From Deltaproteobacteria bacterium (GTDB lineage Bacteria > Desulfobacterota_D > UBA1144 > Nemesobacterales > CSP1-2), in NCBI GenBank assembly GCA_052390235.1, contig JBQTHB010000003.1, positions 1 to 64,000 of the forward strand: a stretch of 64,000 nucleotides of DNA, in the 5' to 3' direction. Every line of letters starts with the position of its first letter. Positions within the stretch are counted from its first letter, which is position 1. Below are positions 32,042 through 43,432 of the stretch, in pieces. The notes beneath the pieces are model-generated. The model did no database searches. It was not told where the DNA came from and worked only from the letters and a program-made list of their open reading frames with translations. The position numbers were made by a program, and so were the translations under genes.

Positions 32042-32235
32042 CGTATGCCTCCGAATATTTTGTGCTTGGGTTTTTAGATATAAGTTCGATGAATTTGGAT
32101 TCATGGCAACATCGGAATGCGCGATTCAGGATGCAAGATGAAGGGAGTTTGAATCGCCAATCCGGCATCGCGATGCGGCGTCCCGTCCGGTTATTGACAA
32201 TTTTCCATTCTATATGTTTACTCATTGGGGGGAAA

Positions 32236-33318
32236 ATGAGCCGCACTGCGCTGTACGAAATTCACCTTGAGCTTGGGGCGAAGGTAGTCGAGTTTGCCGG
32301 CTGGCGGATGCCCGTTGAGTACTCCGGCATTCGAGAGGAACACCTCGCCGTAAGAGCGCGCGCCGGGCTATTCGACGTGAGCCACATGGGCGAGGTGGAA
32401 GTGCGCGGCAGGCAGGCTCTGCAACTCTGCCAATGGGTTTTGACAAACGACCTCTGCGCGCTGAAACCCCTTGGGGCGCAGTACACGCTTATTTGCAACG
32501 AGCAGGGCGGTGTGGTTGACGATGTTATCATCTATAAATTCTCGCAGGAGCGGTTTTTCATCTGCGTTAATGCCTCGAACACGGCGAAGGATTTCGATTG
32601 GATAAAACGGGCAGAGGCAAAATTCGACGCCGAGGTCATAGACAGAAGCCGCGAATTTTCACAGCTCGCCTTTCAGGGCCCAGATTCCATGGCGGTATTG
32701 GCTAAACTGCTCGGCTCGGAGATAAAATCGCTCAAGCGGTTTCATGTAGCCTGCGTCAAGCGGAATGGCTCGGAGCTTCTCATTGCCAGAACCGGCTATA
32801 CGGGCGAGGACGGGGTTGAAATTTTCCTCCCCTGGGGCGACGCTCCGAAGCTCTGGAGAGAGATTTTAGACGCCGGATCGCAGTTTTGCGTCCTCCCATG
32901 CGGACTCGGCGCAAGGGACACGTTGAGGGTCGAGATGGGCTACCCGCTCTACGGACACGAAATTGACGATACGACGAACCCTCTCGAGGCAGGCATCGGC
33001 AGATTCGTTAAAATCGGCAAGGGGGATTTTATCGGAAGGGCCGCCCTCGTTAAGGTTGCCGAGACTGGGGCAGAGAGAAAGCTCGCCGGCTTCGAGATGT
33101 CGGATAAGGGAATCCCGCGGCAGGGCTACGGCATCATAAAAAATGACTCTCAGATTGGCGCAGTTACAAGCGGCACGCTTTCGCCCTCGATGCAAAAAGC
33201 GGTCGGCATGGGCTACGTCCCCAGCGATATGAACATTGGAGATGAAATTGCAATAGAGATTCGCAGCGCCCGGAGGAAGGCAAAAATCGCCCCGCTTCCG
33301 TTTTACAAGCAGTTATAA
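32236..33318 (+). CDS. gcvT: Glycine cleavage system T protein
   Basis: FDVSHMGE, RTGYTGEDG, GLGARDTLRVEMG. Confidence 0.96.
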   Translation: MSRTALYEIHLELGAKVVEFAGWRMPVEYSGIREEHLAVRARAGLFDVSHMGEVEVRGRQALQLCQWVLTNDLCALKPLGAQYTLICNEQGGVVDDVIIYKFSQERFFICVNASNTAKDFDWIKRAEAKFDAEVIDRSREFSQLAFQGPDSMAVLAKLLGSEIKSLKRFHVACVKRNGSELLIARTGYTGEDGVEIFLPWGDAPKLWREILDAGSQFCVLPCGLGARDTLRVEMGYPLYGHEIDDTTNPLEAGIGRFVKIGKGDFIGRAALVKVAETGAERKLAGFEMSDKGIPRQGYGIIKNDSQIGAVTSGTLSPSMQKAVGMGYVPSDMNIGDEIAIEIRSARRKAKIAPLPFYKQL

Positions 33319-33338
33319 ATCCTAAAAGAGAGGAGATT

Positions 33339-33734
33339 ATGGTCGAAACACCAGAAAAGCTGAGATACACAAAAGAACACGAGTGGGTGATGGTCGAAGG
33401 CGATTTGCTCGTCATCGGGATTACCGATTACGCCCAGGACGCGCTTGGAGAAATCGTCTATATTGAGCTTCCCGGCGAGGGAGACGAGGTTACGAAAAAC
33501 GACGCGTTCGGAGCAGTCGAATCCACGAAATCGGTTTCGGATTTATATTCGCCCATTAGCGGCGAGGTTGTAGAGGTGAACGAATCCCTTTTGGATTCCC
33601 CAGAAACCATAAATGAAGACCCCTACGGCGAGGGCTGGATGATAAAAGTGCGCCCCTACGACGCCGAAGAAATTGAAGAGTTGATGGATTCGGACGAGTA
33701 CTCGGAATTCATCGAAGAGGCAATGGAGAAATAG
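33339..33734 (+). CDS. gcvH: Glycine cleavage system H protein
   Basis: YTKEHEW, GITDYAQ, VESTKS (lipoyl lysine), NEDPYGEGW. Confidence 0.97.
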   Translation: MVETPEKLRYTKEHEWVMVEGDLLVIGITDYAQDALGEIVYIELPGEGDEVTKNDAFGAVESTKSVSDLYSPISGEVVEVNESLLDSPETINEDPYGEGWMIKVRPYDAEEIEELMDSDEYSEFIEEAMEK

Positions 33735-33819
33735 ACGAGCCAGATGATTCTCCAACCCTAGAGAAAACCCCGATAAATTCAATCAAATCCGCAATAAAAA
33801 ATGGAGTTTCATAAGCACA

Positions 33820-36672
33820 ATGAGAGATTTCGCCTCAAGGCACATCGGCGTCAGTAAGTCTGAGCTAGGGGAGATGCTCCGAGCTGTCGGAGTAGATTCT
33901 CTGGACGCTCTGATAGATGAGACCATTCCGGCTTCCATCCGATTGGAAAAGCCTCTAACCCTTCCCGAAGCTGTTAGCGAAAGCCGGTTTCTGGAGGAGA
34001 TGCGCCAAAAAGCCGGGAAGAATAAAACGCATAAATCCTACATCGGGCTTGGGTACTACGACTGCTTCACGCCGGGGGTGATTCAGCGCAATATTTTCGA
34101 GAACCCCGGCTGGTACACTCAGTACACCCCCTATCAAGCCGAAATCTCGCAGGGGAGACTCGAAGCCCTGCTGAATTTCCAGACAATGGTGATGGACCTG
34201 ACCGGGATGGAGGTCGCAAACGCCTCGCTTTTGGATGAAGGCACAGCCGCCGCCGAGGCAATGACGATGCTTGCCCGCCTGAGGGATAAAAAATCTGAGG
34301 GCAGAAACGCATTTTTCGTCTCGGACGGATGCTTCCCCCAAACAATTGACGTACTCAAATCGAGAGCGGCTCCGCTTGATATAGAGATTATCGTAGGCGG
34401 CGCGGAGGAGTTTGAATTCGGCGATAAAATATTCGGCGCGCTCGTTCAATACCCCGACGCGGACGGCGAGGCTAGGGATTACTCGCAGTTCGCCGCGAAG
34501 GCGAAGCAGGCGGGGGCGTTTCTAGCCGTCGCCGCAGACATCTTAAGCCTAACCCTGCTCAAGCCCCCCGGAGAGTGGGGAGCAGACGTCGTCGTAGGCT
34601 CGGCTCAGCGCTTAGGAGTCCCGATGGGCTACGGGGGCCCCCATGCCGCGTACTTTGCCACGAGAGATGAGTTCAAGCGTCAGATTCCGGGGCGCATCAT
34701 CGGGGTCTCGATTGACGCCCACGAACGTCTCGCCTACAGAATGGCGATTCAGACCAGAGAACAGCACATCCGCCGCGAGAAAGCCACATCGAACATCTGC
34801 ACGGCGCAGGCGCTACTCGCCATCATGGCAGGAATGTACGCCGTCTATCACGGAGGAGACGGTTTAATAGCCATAGCGCGGAAAATAAGAAACCTCGCAA
34901 AGACTCTCGAGGTGGGGTTATCGCAAATCGGATTTAGACAGCTCAATAGAGACTACTTCGATACGCTGAAAATCGAGGTGGGCAGCGCCGAGAGCTTGAA
35001 ATCCCTAGCCGAGGGGGCGGGGATGAATTTTCGCTATATTGATAGCCGCCATGTCGGAATATCGCTCGACGAGACGACAGAAATCGAGGACGCAGGGAAA
35101 ATCCTGGGGGTATTTGCCAAATCCCTAGGGAAAAAGGCTGAGCCTCGCGCCGAGGCGCAAGAGGCGGGGAAATTTCCCGAATCCCTAGCCCGAAAAAGCG
35201 GATTCCTCTCGCATCCTGTCTTCAGCCGCCATCAATCCGAGACGAAAATGCTCCGCTACATAAAGAGGCTAGAGGCGAGGGACCTGTCGCTGTGCGCCTC
35301 GATGATACCCCTCGGCTCATGCACGATGAAGCTCAATGCGACATCCGAGATGACCCCGCTTGGCTGGAGAGAATTCTCTAAAATCCACCCCTTTGCGCCC
35401 CTCGACCAGGCCCTAGGCTACGCCGAAATATTCACGGAGCTTGAGGGCTATCTATCGCAAATCACAGGGTTTGACGCCTGCTCCCTTCAGCCCAACTCAG
35501 GCGCCCAGGGGGAGTACGCCGGGCTTATGGTCATGAGGGCATATCACGGAGAGCGCCCAGGGGCATCAAGAAATGTCGTTCTCATCCCCTCGTCGGCTCA
35601 TGGGACGAATCCGGCAAGCGCCTCGATGGCGGGGATGAGGGTAGTGGTTGTGGAGTGCGACGAGGGGGGGAATATTGACCTCGGCGACCTATCGAAGAAG
35701 GCGGCGGCGAATCGGGACGCGCTGGCGGGGCTCATGATAACCTATCCATCCACGCACGGGGTGTTCGAGGAGAATATCCGCCTCATCTGCTCCGTGATTC
35801 ATGAACATGGGGGACTCGTCTATATGGACGGGGCAAATATGAACGCTCAGGCGGGTATCACCAATCCGGCGGCTATAGGGGCGGATTTGTGCCATCTGAA
35901 CCTCCATAAGACATTTAGCATACCTCACGGCGGAGGGGGGCCGGGCATGGGGCCCATCTGCGTGAAGAGGGAGCTTGCCCCCTATCTGCCGGGGCATAAA
36001 CTAATCCCCGTCGGAGGGGAGAGGGCAATTGCGGCGGTCTCATCAGCCCCGTGGGGAAGCGGAAGCATCCTGCTCATCTCCTACGGATACATTAGAATGC
36101 TGGGCGCAAGAGGGGTTGCGGACGCTACGAAATACGCCATATTGAACGCGAATTATCTCAAATCGAGGCTTGAGGGATATTATCCCGTGCTTTATACCGG
36201 TAGCCGCGGCAGAGTCGCCCACGAGATGATACTAGACCTTAGGCAGATGAAATCTCAGGCTAAGATTGAGGTCGAGGACGTCGCCAAACGGCTCATGGAC
36301 TTCGGATTTCACGCCCCGACGGTTTCGTGGCCCGTTCCCGGAACAATCATGATAGAGCCTACCGAAAGTGAGTCCAAAGATGAACTAGACCGCTTCGCCG
36401 ACGCTCTTATCGCCATCTGCGAAGAGGCAAGGGAGATTGCCGAGGGGAGAATGGACGCGGCTGATAACCCACTCAAGCGCGCGCCTCACACGGCGGCGGA
36501 AGCGACGTCAGATGATTGGAAACACCCGTACTCAAGGGCGAAAGCCGCATACCCACTCCCCTATTTGATGGAGGGGAAGTTTTGGCCCCCTGTGGGCAGA
36601 ATCAACAACGCTTGGGGAGATAAGAATTTGGTCTGCTCCTGCCCGCCGCTGGACGACTACAGGGATTCATAA
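33820..36672 (+). CDS. gcvP: Glycine dehydrogenase (single-chain P protein)
   Basis: [36 protein letters not shown]. Confidence 0.98.
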   Translation: MRDFASRHIGVSKSELGEMLRAVGVDSLDALIDETIPASIRLEKPLTLPEAVSESRFLEEMRQKAGKNKTHKSYIGLGYYDCFTPGVIQRNIFENPGWYTQYTPYQAEISQGRLEALLNFQTMVMDLTGMEVANASLLDEGTAAAEAMTMLARLRDKKSEGRNAFFVSDGCFPQTIDVLKSRAAPLDIEIIVGGAEEFEFGDKIFGALVQYPDADGEARDYSQFAAKAKQAGAFLAVAADILSLTLLKPPGEWGADVVVGSAQRLGVPMGYGGPHAAYFATRDEFKRQIPGRIIGVSIDAHERLAYRMAIQTREQHIRREKATSNICTAQALLAIMAGMYAVYHGGDGLIAIARKIRNLAKTLEVGLSQIGFRQLNRDYFDTLKIEVGSAESLKSLAEGAGMNFRYIDSRHVGISLDETTEIEDAGKILGVFAKSLGKKAEPRAEAQEAGKFPESLARKSGFLSHPVFSRHQSETKMLRYIKRLEARDLSLCASMIPLGSCTMKLNATSEMTPLGWREFSKIHPFAPLDQALGYAEIFTELEGYLSQITGFDACSLQPNSGAQGEYAGLMVMRAYHGERPGASRNVVLIPSSAHGTNPASASMAGMRVVVVECDEGGNIDLGDLSKKAAANRDALAGLMITYPSTHGVFEENIRLICSVIHEHGGLVYMDGANMNAQAGITNPAAIGADLCHLNLHKTFSIPHGGGGPGMGPICVKRELAPYLPGHKLIPVGGERAIAAVSSAPWGSGSILLISYGYIRMLGARGVADATKYAILNANYLKSRLEGYYPVLYTGSRGRVAHEMILDLRQMKSQAKIEVEDVAKRLMDFGFHAPTVSWPVPGTIMIEPTESESKDELDRFADALIAICEEAREIAEGRMDAADNPLKRAPHTAAEATSDDWKHPYSRAKAAYPLPYLMEGKFWPPVGRINNAWGDKNLVCSCPPLDDYRDS

Positions 36673-36753
36673 TATATATCAGGCTCGGATTTCCCCAGAT
36701 GCGGCTCGAAGTGGCAAAACAGTAGGGGGAATCAGGATGCCAGATGGCGAGAT

Positions 36754-37704
36754 TTAGAGCTTTATCTCGATATAAGCCGTCTTTTTTACGTCGTCGAGAA
36801 ACGAGCCGATAATTTTCTCTAGTTTTTCCTGATAAATCGCGTCCCTGATTTGCTCCCTCGCAATTTCAAGCGACGGGGCCTGGGCTTTTTTCTTGTCCGT
36901 AACCTTCAGAACGTGGTATCCGGCGGCGGTTCTCACGGGGCCCACTACATCGCCCACGGGAGTGCCGATGAGGGCTTTTTCAAGCTCCGGCGCCATATCG
37001 CCCTTTTTAAAATATCCGAGGTCTCCGCCGTTTTGCGCCGAGGAGTCGTCCTTTGAATATTGCTTTGCTAGCTGTTTGAAATCCCTTCCCGATTCAGCAA
37101 GCCTCAGAACCGCAAGCGCGAGCTTTTCGCCTCTGGCTTCGGCTTCCGGTGTCTGCGCGGTGATGGCTATTACGATGTGCGATACTCTGAATTCCTCTAT
37201 GGTTTCAATAGTGGCGGAATTCTCGTCGTAATAGTTTTTTACCTCGTCCTCGGTTACGACTATCTGCCCTTTGACTCGGTTGGATATTATCTTATTCATG
37301 AGCAGTTGCCGACGCCACTGGTCTCGGAAGCCCTCCATGGTGAGGTTTTGCTTTTTGAGGGTTTTGGCCATCTCGGCTTCGTTCAATCCGAAGCGATTTT
37401 GGATGCCCTGAATTGTAGTCTCGACCTCGGCGTCGGTTACGAAAAAGCCCTGTTTCTTAGCTTCTTGTTCAAGGAGTTTTTGCTCGATGAGCTGGTCGAG
37501 TATTAACTTTCTCTCCTCTTCAGATAACCGTTTTTTGGATTTGGAGACAAGCGAGCCCTCGGCGTCCTCAAGCTCCGAGAGGGTGATAAGGTCGCTGTTG
37601 ACGACGGCTACGATTCTGTCAACGACCTCGGCTAAGCCCGGCAGAGGGGCGGCGAGGATGAAAAATGCCGAATATGCTAATAAGAGTTTAATTTGCTTGT
37701 TCAT
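36754..37704 (-). CDS. SurA-like parvulin PPIase/chaperone
   Basis: VDRIVAVVN SurA-N domain; SHI, NGGDLGYF and GYHVLKV parvulin motifs. Confidence 0.88.
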   Translation of the reverse strand: MNKQIKLLLAYSAFFILAAPLPGLAEVVDRIVAVVNSDLITLSELEDAEGSLVSKSKKRLSEEERKLILDQLIEQKLLEQEAKKQGFFVTDAEVETTIQGIQNRFGLNEAEMAKTLKKQNLTMEGFRDQWRRQLLMNKIISNRVKGQIVVTEDEVKNYYDENSATIETIEEFRVSHIVIAITAQTPEAEARGEKLALAVLRLAESGRDFKQLAKQYSKDDSSAQNGGDLGYFKKGDMAPELEKALIGTPVGDVVGPVRTAAGYHVLKVTDKKKAQAPSLEIAREQIRDAIYQEKLEKIIGSFLDDVKKTAYIEIKL

Positions 37705-38602
37705 TGAGGTTTATCTCCTTGAGTGCATTTTCAAATACCTGAACCTCTGCGCCCGCCCGGAGGGTTTCAATGTATTCGAGAAACATCTTTTTCTTGAGTT
37801 CAAGTTCAATATCCCCCCTCGCCTCTTCAAACGGCGCGGGTTTCGGGGCTTCTGTGGCTTTGACAACATAAAATCCGTTGGGGATTTCTATGGGCGCGCT
37901 TATTTCCCCCTCAGCGAGTCTGAATATCACATTCTCTATATCAATGGGAAGCCTGCCCTTCGGAACATAGCCCGTGTCTCCGCCCTTTGCTTTAGTGGTC
38001 GGCTCATCCGAGAAACGCTCGACGAGAGTTTCAAACGGCTGTCCTGCTCTTGCCTTTTTCAGTACGGACTCCGCCTCGGTTTTCGCTTTTCCCATAGCGG
38101 CGGCATCGGTGGATTCGGCTTGAATAAATATGATGCTGAGCCTCACGCGCTTGAAACTCTCGACATTCCCGTTATAGAAGGCGAGCAGATCCTCTTCGGA
38201 TGCTCCCTGTTTTTCCATCTCCTGGCCGAGGGCTTGAATCAGGACGCGCATTTTATAGGCTTCTAAGTTCTCTTTAATATCGGCTCGCTGGTCAAATCCC
38301 CGCTTCTGGGCTTCCTCAGCCAAGATGATTTGGTCTATGTAGGATTGCAGGTACTCGGTGAGTTTTTCAGTCGAGGAGAGGTACAGAAACATCTGCTGCG
38401 GGGGGAGGGTTCTCACGGAGGTTACAAGCTCGCCGCTGGTGATTTTTCTCGCTCCCACCTGCGCTACAACCGCCTGCCCGCCGGCTACCCCTTCCTGCTT
38501 CGCCGCACTCTCGTCCTTAGCCTCGTTATAGAATTTATCGAAATCACTGCAGGCAGTGGCAAATGCCGCGGCAGATATAAGCAAAACCAGAATTTTTAGC
38601 AT
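37688..38602 (-). CDS. PrsA/PpiC-type parvulin lipoprotein
   Basis: Lipobox ATAC; KGGDTGY; GFYVVK. Confidence 0.82.
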   Translation of the reverse strand: MLKILVLLISAAAFATACSDFDKFYNEAKDESAAKQEGVAGGQAVVAQVGARKITSGELVTSVRTLPPQQMFLYLSSTEKLTEYLQSYIDQIILAEEAQKRGFDQRADIKENLEAYKMRVLIQALGQEMEKQGASEEDLLAFYNGNVESFKRVRLSIIFIQAESTDAAAMGKAKTEAESVLKKARAGQPFETLVERFSDEPTTKAKGGDTGYVPKGRLPIDIENVIFRLAEGEISAPIEIPNGFYVVKATEAPKPAPFEEARGDIELELKKKMFLEYIETLRAGAEVQVFENALKEINLNEQAN

Positions 38603-38641
38603 CTAGCATATTCTCCCATGAAATTTCTCCCGAATAAACGG

Positions 38642-41600
38642 CTACGATGCGCCAACGCCGCCGCTTTTAACCCCTTCTCCCCTAGCGAGCGCCCCGAGAA
38701 CCTTCATTGTCAAGGCTAGCGGATTGCCCGGCTTGAGCGGCGCTCTGAGCCTTCCGGCAGGGCGATACCGCCACGCAAACGGCGAATTTTCGACAAACAT
38801 TATAACCGCTTCTTCGTCCGTTATCTCTATCTTGCGTATAAAAAGCCGCTCCATCTCGATTTTCATCTCGGCTATGCGCAGGAGATTTTCTGCCGCGCCG
38901 GGCAACGCCCCGAACCTGTCCCCAAGTTCTAGCTCCAGCTCGCGCGCACCTGCCGCCGCCTTAAGGGACGATATTTTTTTGTAATAAACGAGCCGCGCTC
39001 TCTCGTCGCTTATGTAATCATCGGATAGGAACGCGGGGAGATGGGTCTTGATTTCAGGCTCAAAGACGGCGGCAGAGCCCTCATCCTCCCTTTTAAGCTC
39101 CCTCACGGCGGCATCGAGCATATCCAAATACATCTCAAGCCCGACCTCCTTTATGTGTCCCGACTGCGCCTCGCCGAAGAGGTTGCCCGCCCCTCGAATC
39201 TCAAGGTCTGAGAGGGCGAGTTTATAGCCCGCGCCCAAATCCCTTAGCTCCACTATCGCCTGAAGCCTCCTCTTGGCAAGCGGCGAGAGCGACTGCGGGC
39301 GTGAGACTATCAGATAGGCCCAAGCCTTTTTCGTTGACCTCCCCACCCTGCCTCTGAGCTGATAGAGGTCGGCAAGCCCGAAATCCTCCGCCTCGTTTAT
39401 GATTATCGTATTTGCGCGGGGAATATCCAAGCCCGACTCCACTATCGCCGTCGTAACTAGCACGTCCGTCTGCCCTGAGATGAATTTGCCGATGCTCCCC
39501 TCGAGGCGCTCCTCGTCCATTTTGCCGTGTGTAACGTCTATCCGCGCCTCCGGCACGAGTTCCCCTATTCGGGACGCTATCTCGTATATGTCCTGAATCC
39601 TGTTGTGGATAAAAAAAACGCACCCTCCCCTCTGCATCTCCCTTTGAATTGCCTCTCGAATCAGCGGCGGGCTATACTGGCAGACCTTCGTCTCGACAGC
39701 CTGCCTGCCTTCAGGCGGGGTGTTTATGAGGCTCACGTCGCGGATTCCGGCAAGGGATAGCTGAAGCGTGCGCGGGATGGGGGTCGCGCTCAGGGTGAGG
39801 GTGTCGAGTCCCTTTTTGACGCGCTTGAGCTTTTCTTTATGCGCCACGCCGAATTTCTGCTCTTCGTCAATTATGAGCAGTCCCAGGTCTCGAAACCCTA
39901 TCTTATCTCCGAGGAGTTTATGGGTGCCGATGATAATATCCAGAGAGCCTTCCTCCAGTTTTTTGAGGATTTCTTTGGTCTCGCGAGGGGTTTTAAACCT
40001 CGACAGCATATCCACGGTTATGGGATAGGGCTTCAGCCGCTCGGCGGCAGTCGTGTAGTGCTGATAGACGAGCAGAGTCGTCGGGGCGAGAAAAGCGACC
40101 TGCTTGCCGGCGGCGGCGGCTTTGAATGCGGCCCTGAGTGCTACCTCGGTTTTGCCGAAGCCCACGTCGCCGCAGATGAGCCTGTCCATAGGCTTCGGGG
40201 ACTCCATATCGAGCATAACGTCCTCGATGGCGGCTTCTTGGTCGGAGGTCTCTTCATAGGGAAACGACAGCTCAAACTCCCGGAACTCGGCATCTCTGGG
40301 AGGGAATTGATGCCCCTGAATGGATTTTCTCTCGGCGTAGAGGACGAGGATTTCCCTTGCCACGGTCTCGACGGCTCTTCTGACCCTCTTAATTACTTTT
40401 TTCCAGTTTTCGTGTCCGAGCTTGTCAACACGGGGCGGCGCGCCGTCGCAGATGTAGCGCTGAACGAGCTTGAGCTTATCCACCGGCACATAGACTTTAT
40501 CCCCGCCCTGATACTCGCAGTGAATGAAATCCCCATCGACGCTATTGATTTTGAGCCTCTGAAGCCCCCTAAATATACCGATGCCGAACTCGGCGTGAAC
40601 TATGTAGTCGCCGGATTTCAGCTCCCCGAAAGAGGTTATAAAAGCCGAGGGAACATCCCTCCTCGCCGAGGGTTTGACGGGTTTGCGCTCGCCGAATATT
40701 TCACCCTCCGTGATTAGGGCAATCCCCTCCTCCGGTAGAATAAATCCTGAAGAGGGCGCGCCGATTCTGATTTCGACATCTCTCATGCGCCTCTCGGCGA
40801 GGATTTTCGCAAATTTCTTTGCCTCGGCTTCAGTCTGAAGGGCGATATAAACGGCAAAAGAATGGGATTTCCAGCCCGCAATCCGGCTTGCGAGGTCGTC
40901 AAAGGGGGAATGCCGTCCGTCCGGCGGGAGCGCGGGGTGAGCCTCGGACGGTATGCATACGCTCTCGGCTCCTGGCTCGTCCAGCTGCACGTCGTCGAGA
41001 ATAATCCTCCTAAAGCGCGAAAGTTGGGTGGCAAGGGCGGCGTCGCCTGTAAAAAGCCCCTCTGCCGCGGGCGCGGCTTTAAACCCGCTCCGAAGCAGGG
41101 AGTCGAGCCTGGGCAAGGAGGCGAGGAAATCGGCTTGGGATTTTTTAATCCCGCCCGGATTGTCGAGAACTATCACAGTATCGGGGGATATGTAATCGAG
41201 GGGGGAGCGCAATTGGGAGTAAAAAAGAGGCATCAGCCAGTCAATTTGGGGGAGGCTTCGGGGGGTTTTAATTTTCTCGATAAGGGCGCGGCGGGCGGGC
41301 GCGGAAAGCTCCATATCGGAGGTCATCTCCTGCACCCAGGAGATGGCGCGGCTCTGAGCCTCAGGGGTTAGAATCACCTCCCCTGCCGGAAGCGCCGCCG
41401 CCTCTTTAATTCTCTCAATTGACCTCTGGTCTCCAGCGCTGAAATACCGAAGCGATGCGACCTCGTCCCCAAGAAATTCAACCCTCACCGGATTTCCCGC
41501 CGCAGGAGAGAAAAAATCCACTATCCCTCCCCTCGCGCTCATATCCCCCTCTTTCTCCACTAAATCCGCTGTGGAGTACCCAATCGAGCCGAGATTTGAT

Positions 41601-42067
41601 ATGAAATCCTCCCGTGAGAGCGGCTGTCCGGTTTTAATGCGAATCCGAGAGGCTAGGAATAAATCTTGGGGAGGGAGCTTTTCAAATAACGCCTCGGCGT
41701 AGGCTATGGATATAGCTGCCTGCGGGGCGGCGCTCATCCAACCGAGCCGCATCGAGGAGGCATCGGAGGGGGATTTCATCAGGGCATCGTCGGAGGGAAA
41801 CTCCCTAGGGGGGAGAACGGGCGGCTCACATCCGGTAAAGAAGGCAAAATCCCTACTAGCTGCCTGCGCCATCTCGGCTGAGGAGGCAATGTACAGAATC
41901 CGAACCGAGGCGACGCGCGCAAGCTCGGCAAGTATGTAGAATTTAGATGAGCCTCGGAGGGGAGAGATTACTACCGACGACTCATCGGCTCTCAGTATTT
42001 CAGCAATGCGGGCGACGCCGGGGCTATTTTGAACGGCGGCATTAAGCGGCTTAATTTTAAATGACAT
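38642..42067 (-). CDS. mfd: Transcription-repair coupling factor
   Basis: RGGIVD, GDVGFGKTEVA, DEEQKFGV, QLRGRVGR, TRCF tail. Confidence 0.97.
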   Translation of the reverse strand: MSFKIKPLNAAVQNSPGVARIAEILRADESSVVISPLRGSSKFYILAELARVASVRILYIASSAEMAQAASRDFAFFTGCEPPVLPPREFPSDDALMKSPSDASSMRLGWMSAAPQAAISIAYAEALFEKLPPQDLFLASRIRIKTGQPLSREDFISNLGSIGYSTADLVEKEGDMSARGGIVDFFSPAAGNPVRVEFLGDEVASLRYFSAGDQRSIERIKEAAALPAGEVILTPEAQSRAISWVQEMTSDMELSAPARRALIEKIKTPRSLPQIDWLMPLFYSQLRSPLDYISPDTVIVLDNPGGIKKSQADFLASLPRLDSLLRSGFKAAPAAEGLFTGDAALATQLSRFRRIILDDVQLDEPGAESVCIPSEAHPALPPDGRHSPFDDLASRIAGWKSHSFAVYIALQTEAEAKKFAKILAERRMRDVEIRIGAPSSGFILPEEGIALITEGEIFGERKPVKPSARRDVPSAFITSFGELKSGDYIVHAEFGIGIFRGLQRLKINSVDGDFIHCEYQGGDKVYVPVDKLKLVQRYICDGAPPRVDKLGHENWKKVIKRVRRAVETVAREILVLYAERKSIQGHQFPPRDAEFREFELSFPYEETSDQEAAIEDVMLDMESPKPMDRLICGDVGFGKTEVALRAAFKAAAAGKQVAFLAPTTLLVYQHYTTAAERLKPYPITVDMLSRFKTPRETKEILKKLEEGSLDIIIGTHKLLGDKIGFRDLGLLIIDEEQKFGVAHKEKLKRVKKGLDTLTLSATPIPRTLQLSLAGIRDVSLINTPPEGRQAVETKVCQYSPPLIREAIQREMQRGGCVFFIHNRIQDIYEIASRIGELVPEARIDVTHGKMDEERLEGSIGKFISGQTDVLVTTAIVESGLDIPRANTIIINEAEDFGLADLYQLRGRVGRSTKKAWAYLIVSRPQSLSPLAKRRLQAIVELRDLGAGYKLALSDLEIRGAGNLFGEAQSGHIKEVGLEMYLDMLDAAVRELKREDEGSAAVFEPEIKTHLPAFLSDDYISDERARLVYYKKISSLKAAAGARELELELGDRFGALPGAAENLLRIAEMKIEMERLFIRKIEITDEEAVIMFVENSPFAWRYRPAGRLRAPLKPGNPLALTMKVLGALARGEGVKSGGVGAS

Positions 42068-42328
42068 CCGAGGTAGTATAAACGAAACCGCGGCGTGGGC
42101 TAAACATCGGGGGGCAATATATGAAAATCCCGCATCCGAATTCCCCATTTATCCTCGGAGCAGTTCCCGCAGAGCCAGCCCTAAATGTACAAACTTCACG
42201 ACGGAGAGTGTATATTCTCTATAATCAATCCCCGAATCGAAAATCCGCGCCATCCGCAGGGAATAGTTTTCATCTTGCGCCGCGCATCTCGCATCGTGTA
42301 TCCTGTGGACTCCGAGGAGGATGAAGCG

Positions 42329-43069
42329 ATGATAATCACAACCGAGTACGTAGATATTCCGGCGAGCGGCGGGCTGGCGCGAGCGTTTGTCGCCTCGCCG
42401 AGGGCTGAGGGCAGGTATCCGGGTATAGTTTTCTACTCCGATATTTTCCAACTCACAGGCACTATGGCGAGGTCGTGCGCCAGGCTTGCGGGATACGGAT
42501 TCGTAGTCGCCGCCCCCGAAATTTACCGCCGCATCGAGCCTTCGGGACTCGTAATTCCCTTTGACGACGCCGGACGGGAGCGCGGGCTAAAGGACGCCTC
42601 GATGACCCCAGTAGCCGATTTCGACGCCGACTGCCGCTCGGTTTTGGATTATCTGCGCGCGCACAGAAAAGTCGCCGCCGGGAAGATTGGAGCGGCGGGG
42701 TTTTGCATCGGCGGACACCTCTCGTTTCGCGCCGCTCTTCAGCCGGACGTTCGGGCTGGGGTCTGTTTTTACGGCACGGGGATTCACAACGGCAAATTGG
42801 GCAGGGACGAGGACGCGGGGTCGCTGCAAAGAGCGGCTGAAATCAGAGGGGATATTCTACTCGTGTGGGGACTGCGGGACCCTCACATCGAGGAGAGCGC
42901 GAGGGACAGGATAAGGGCGTCTCTTAGCGCCGCCGGAGTGAATTTTCAGGAGCGCCTCCTGGACGGCGAACACGCCTTCATGCGAGACGAAGGGGCGCGC
43001 TTCGACCCGGAGGCGACAGACCTCGCATTTGGCGAGATGGTAGCCCTATTCCGGCGGGTATTGTCTTAA
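42329..43069 (+). CDS. Dienelactone hydrolase family protein
   Basis: GFCIGG nucleophile, DPH, EHAFMRDEG; GAGGAGG RBS. Confidence 0.92.
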   Translation: MIITTEYVDIPASGGLARAFVASPRAEGRYPGIVFYSDIFQLTGTMARSCARLAGYGFVVAAPEIYRRIEPSGLVIPFDDAGRERGLKDASMTPVADFDADCRSVLDYLRAHRKVAAGKIGAAGFCIGGHLSFRAALQPDVRAGVCFYGTGIHNGKLGRDEDAGSLQRAAEIRGDILLVWGLRDPHIEESARDRIRASLSAAGVNFQERLLDGEHAFMRDEGARFDPEATDLAFGEMVALFRRVLS

Positions 43070-43074
43070 AACGG

Positions 43075-43398
43075 CTATTTTGAGTAATGCAGGGCGAGCC
43101 ACACGGTTTTCTGGGATGAATCTGTCCACTCGACCCTGTGGCGTTTTTGCGCCGGGATGTTTAGGAAATCTCCTGGGCGCATCACTGAGACAATTTCGTC
43201 CCCTTGGAATCTGATGCCCGCGCCGCCCGAGAGCAGGGCTACCCACTCATCCCGCTCCTGCGCGAGCCACTCGCCCGGCGGGGTTGCCTGCCCCGATGAG
43301 ACTATCCGCTCAAGCCTGAATCCAGCGCTCTCAACCAGCGAATCAAATGCCTCAGCGGCTGAGTGCGCCGGAGCGTCAAAGAGATTGGGCAGTTTCAT
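43075..43398 (-). CDS. Cupin domain protein
   Basis: LERIVSSGQATP, DEWV, IPAQKRHRVEWT. Confidence 0.88.
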   Translation of the reverse strand: MKLPNLFDAPAHSAAEAFDSLVESAGFRLERIVSSGQATPPGEWLAQERDEWVALLSGGAGIRFQGDEIVSVMRPGDFLNIPAQKRHRVEWTDSSQKTVWLALHYSK

Positions 43399-43432
43399 AG
43401 AATCCCCCCGGGAGCGCCGCAGCATCCCGCGC

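Noticed and set aside
32042..32235. Glycine riboswitch upstream of gcvT
   Set aside because: No recognisable aptamer motifs, and a TTGACA promoter-like element lies only about 40 nt before the ATG.
39611..39618. T8 run on the mfd coding strand as a slippage site
   Set aside because: Encodes a conserved VFFIHN helicase-domain motif mid-domain; truncation there has no plausible product.
37487..41371. Long antisense ORFs (37487-38266, 39839-40717; similarly 55804-57257)
   Set aside because: Shadow ORFs opposite well-supported genes, with no recognisable motifs.
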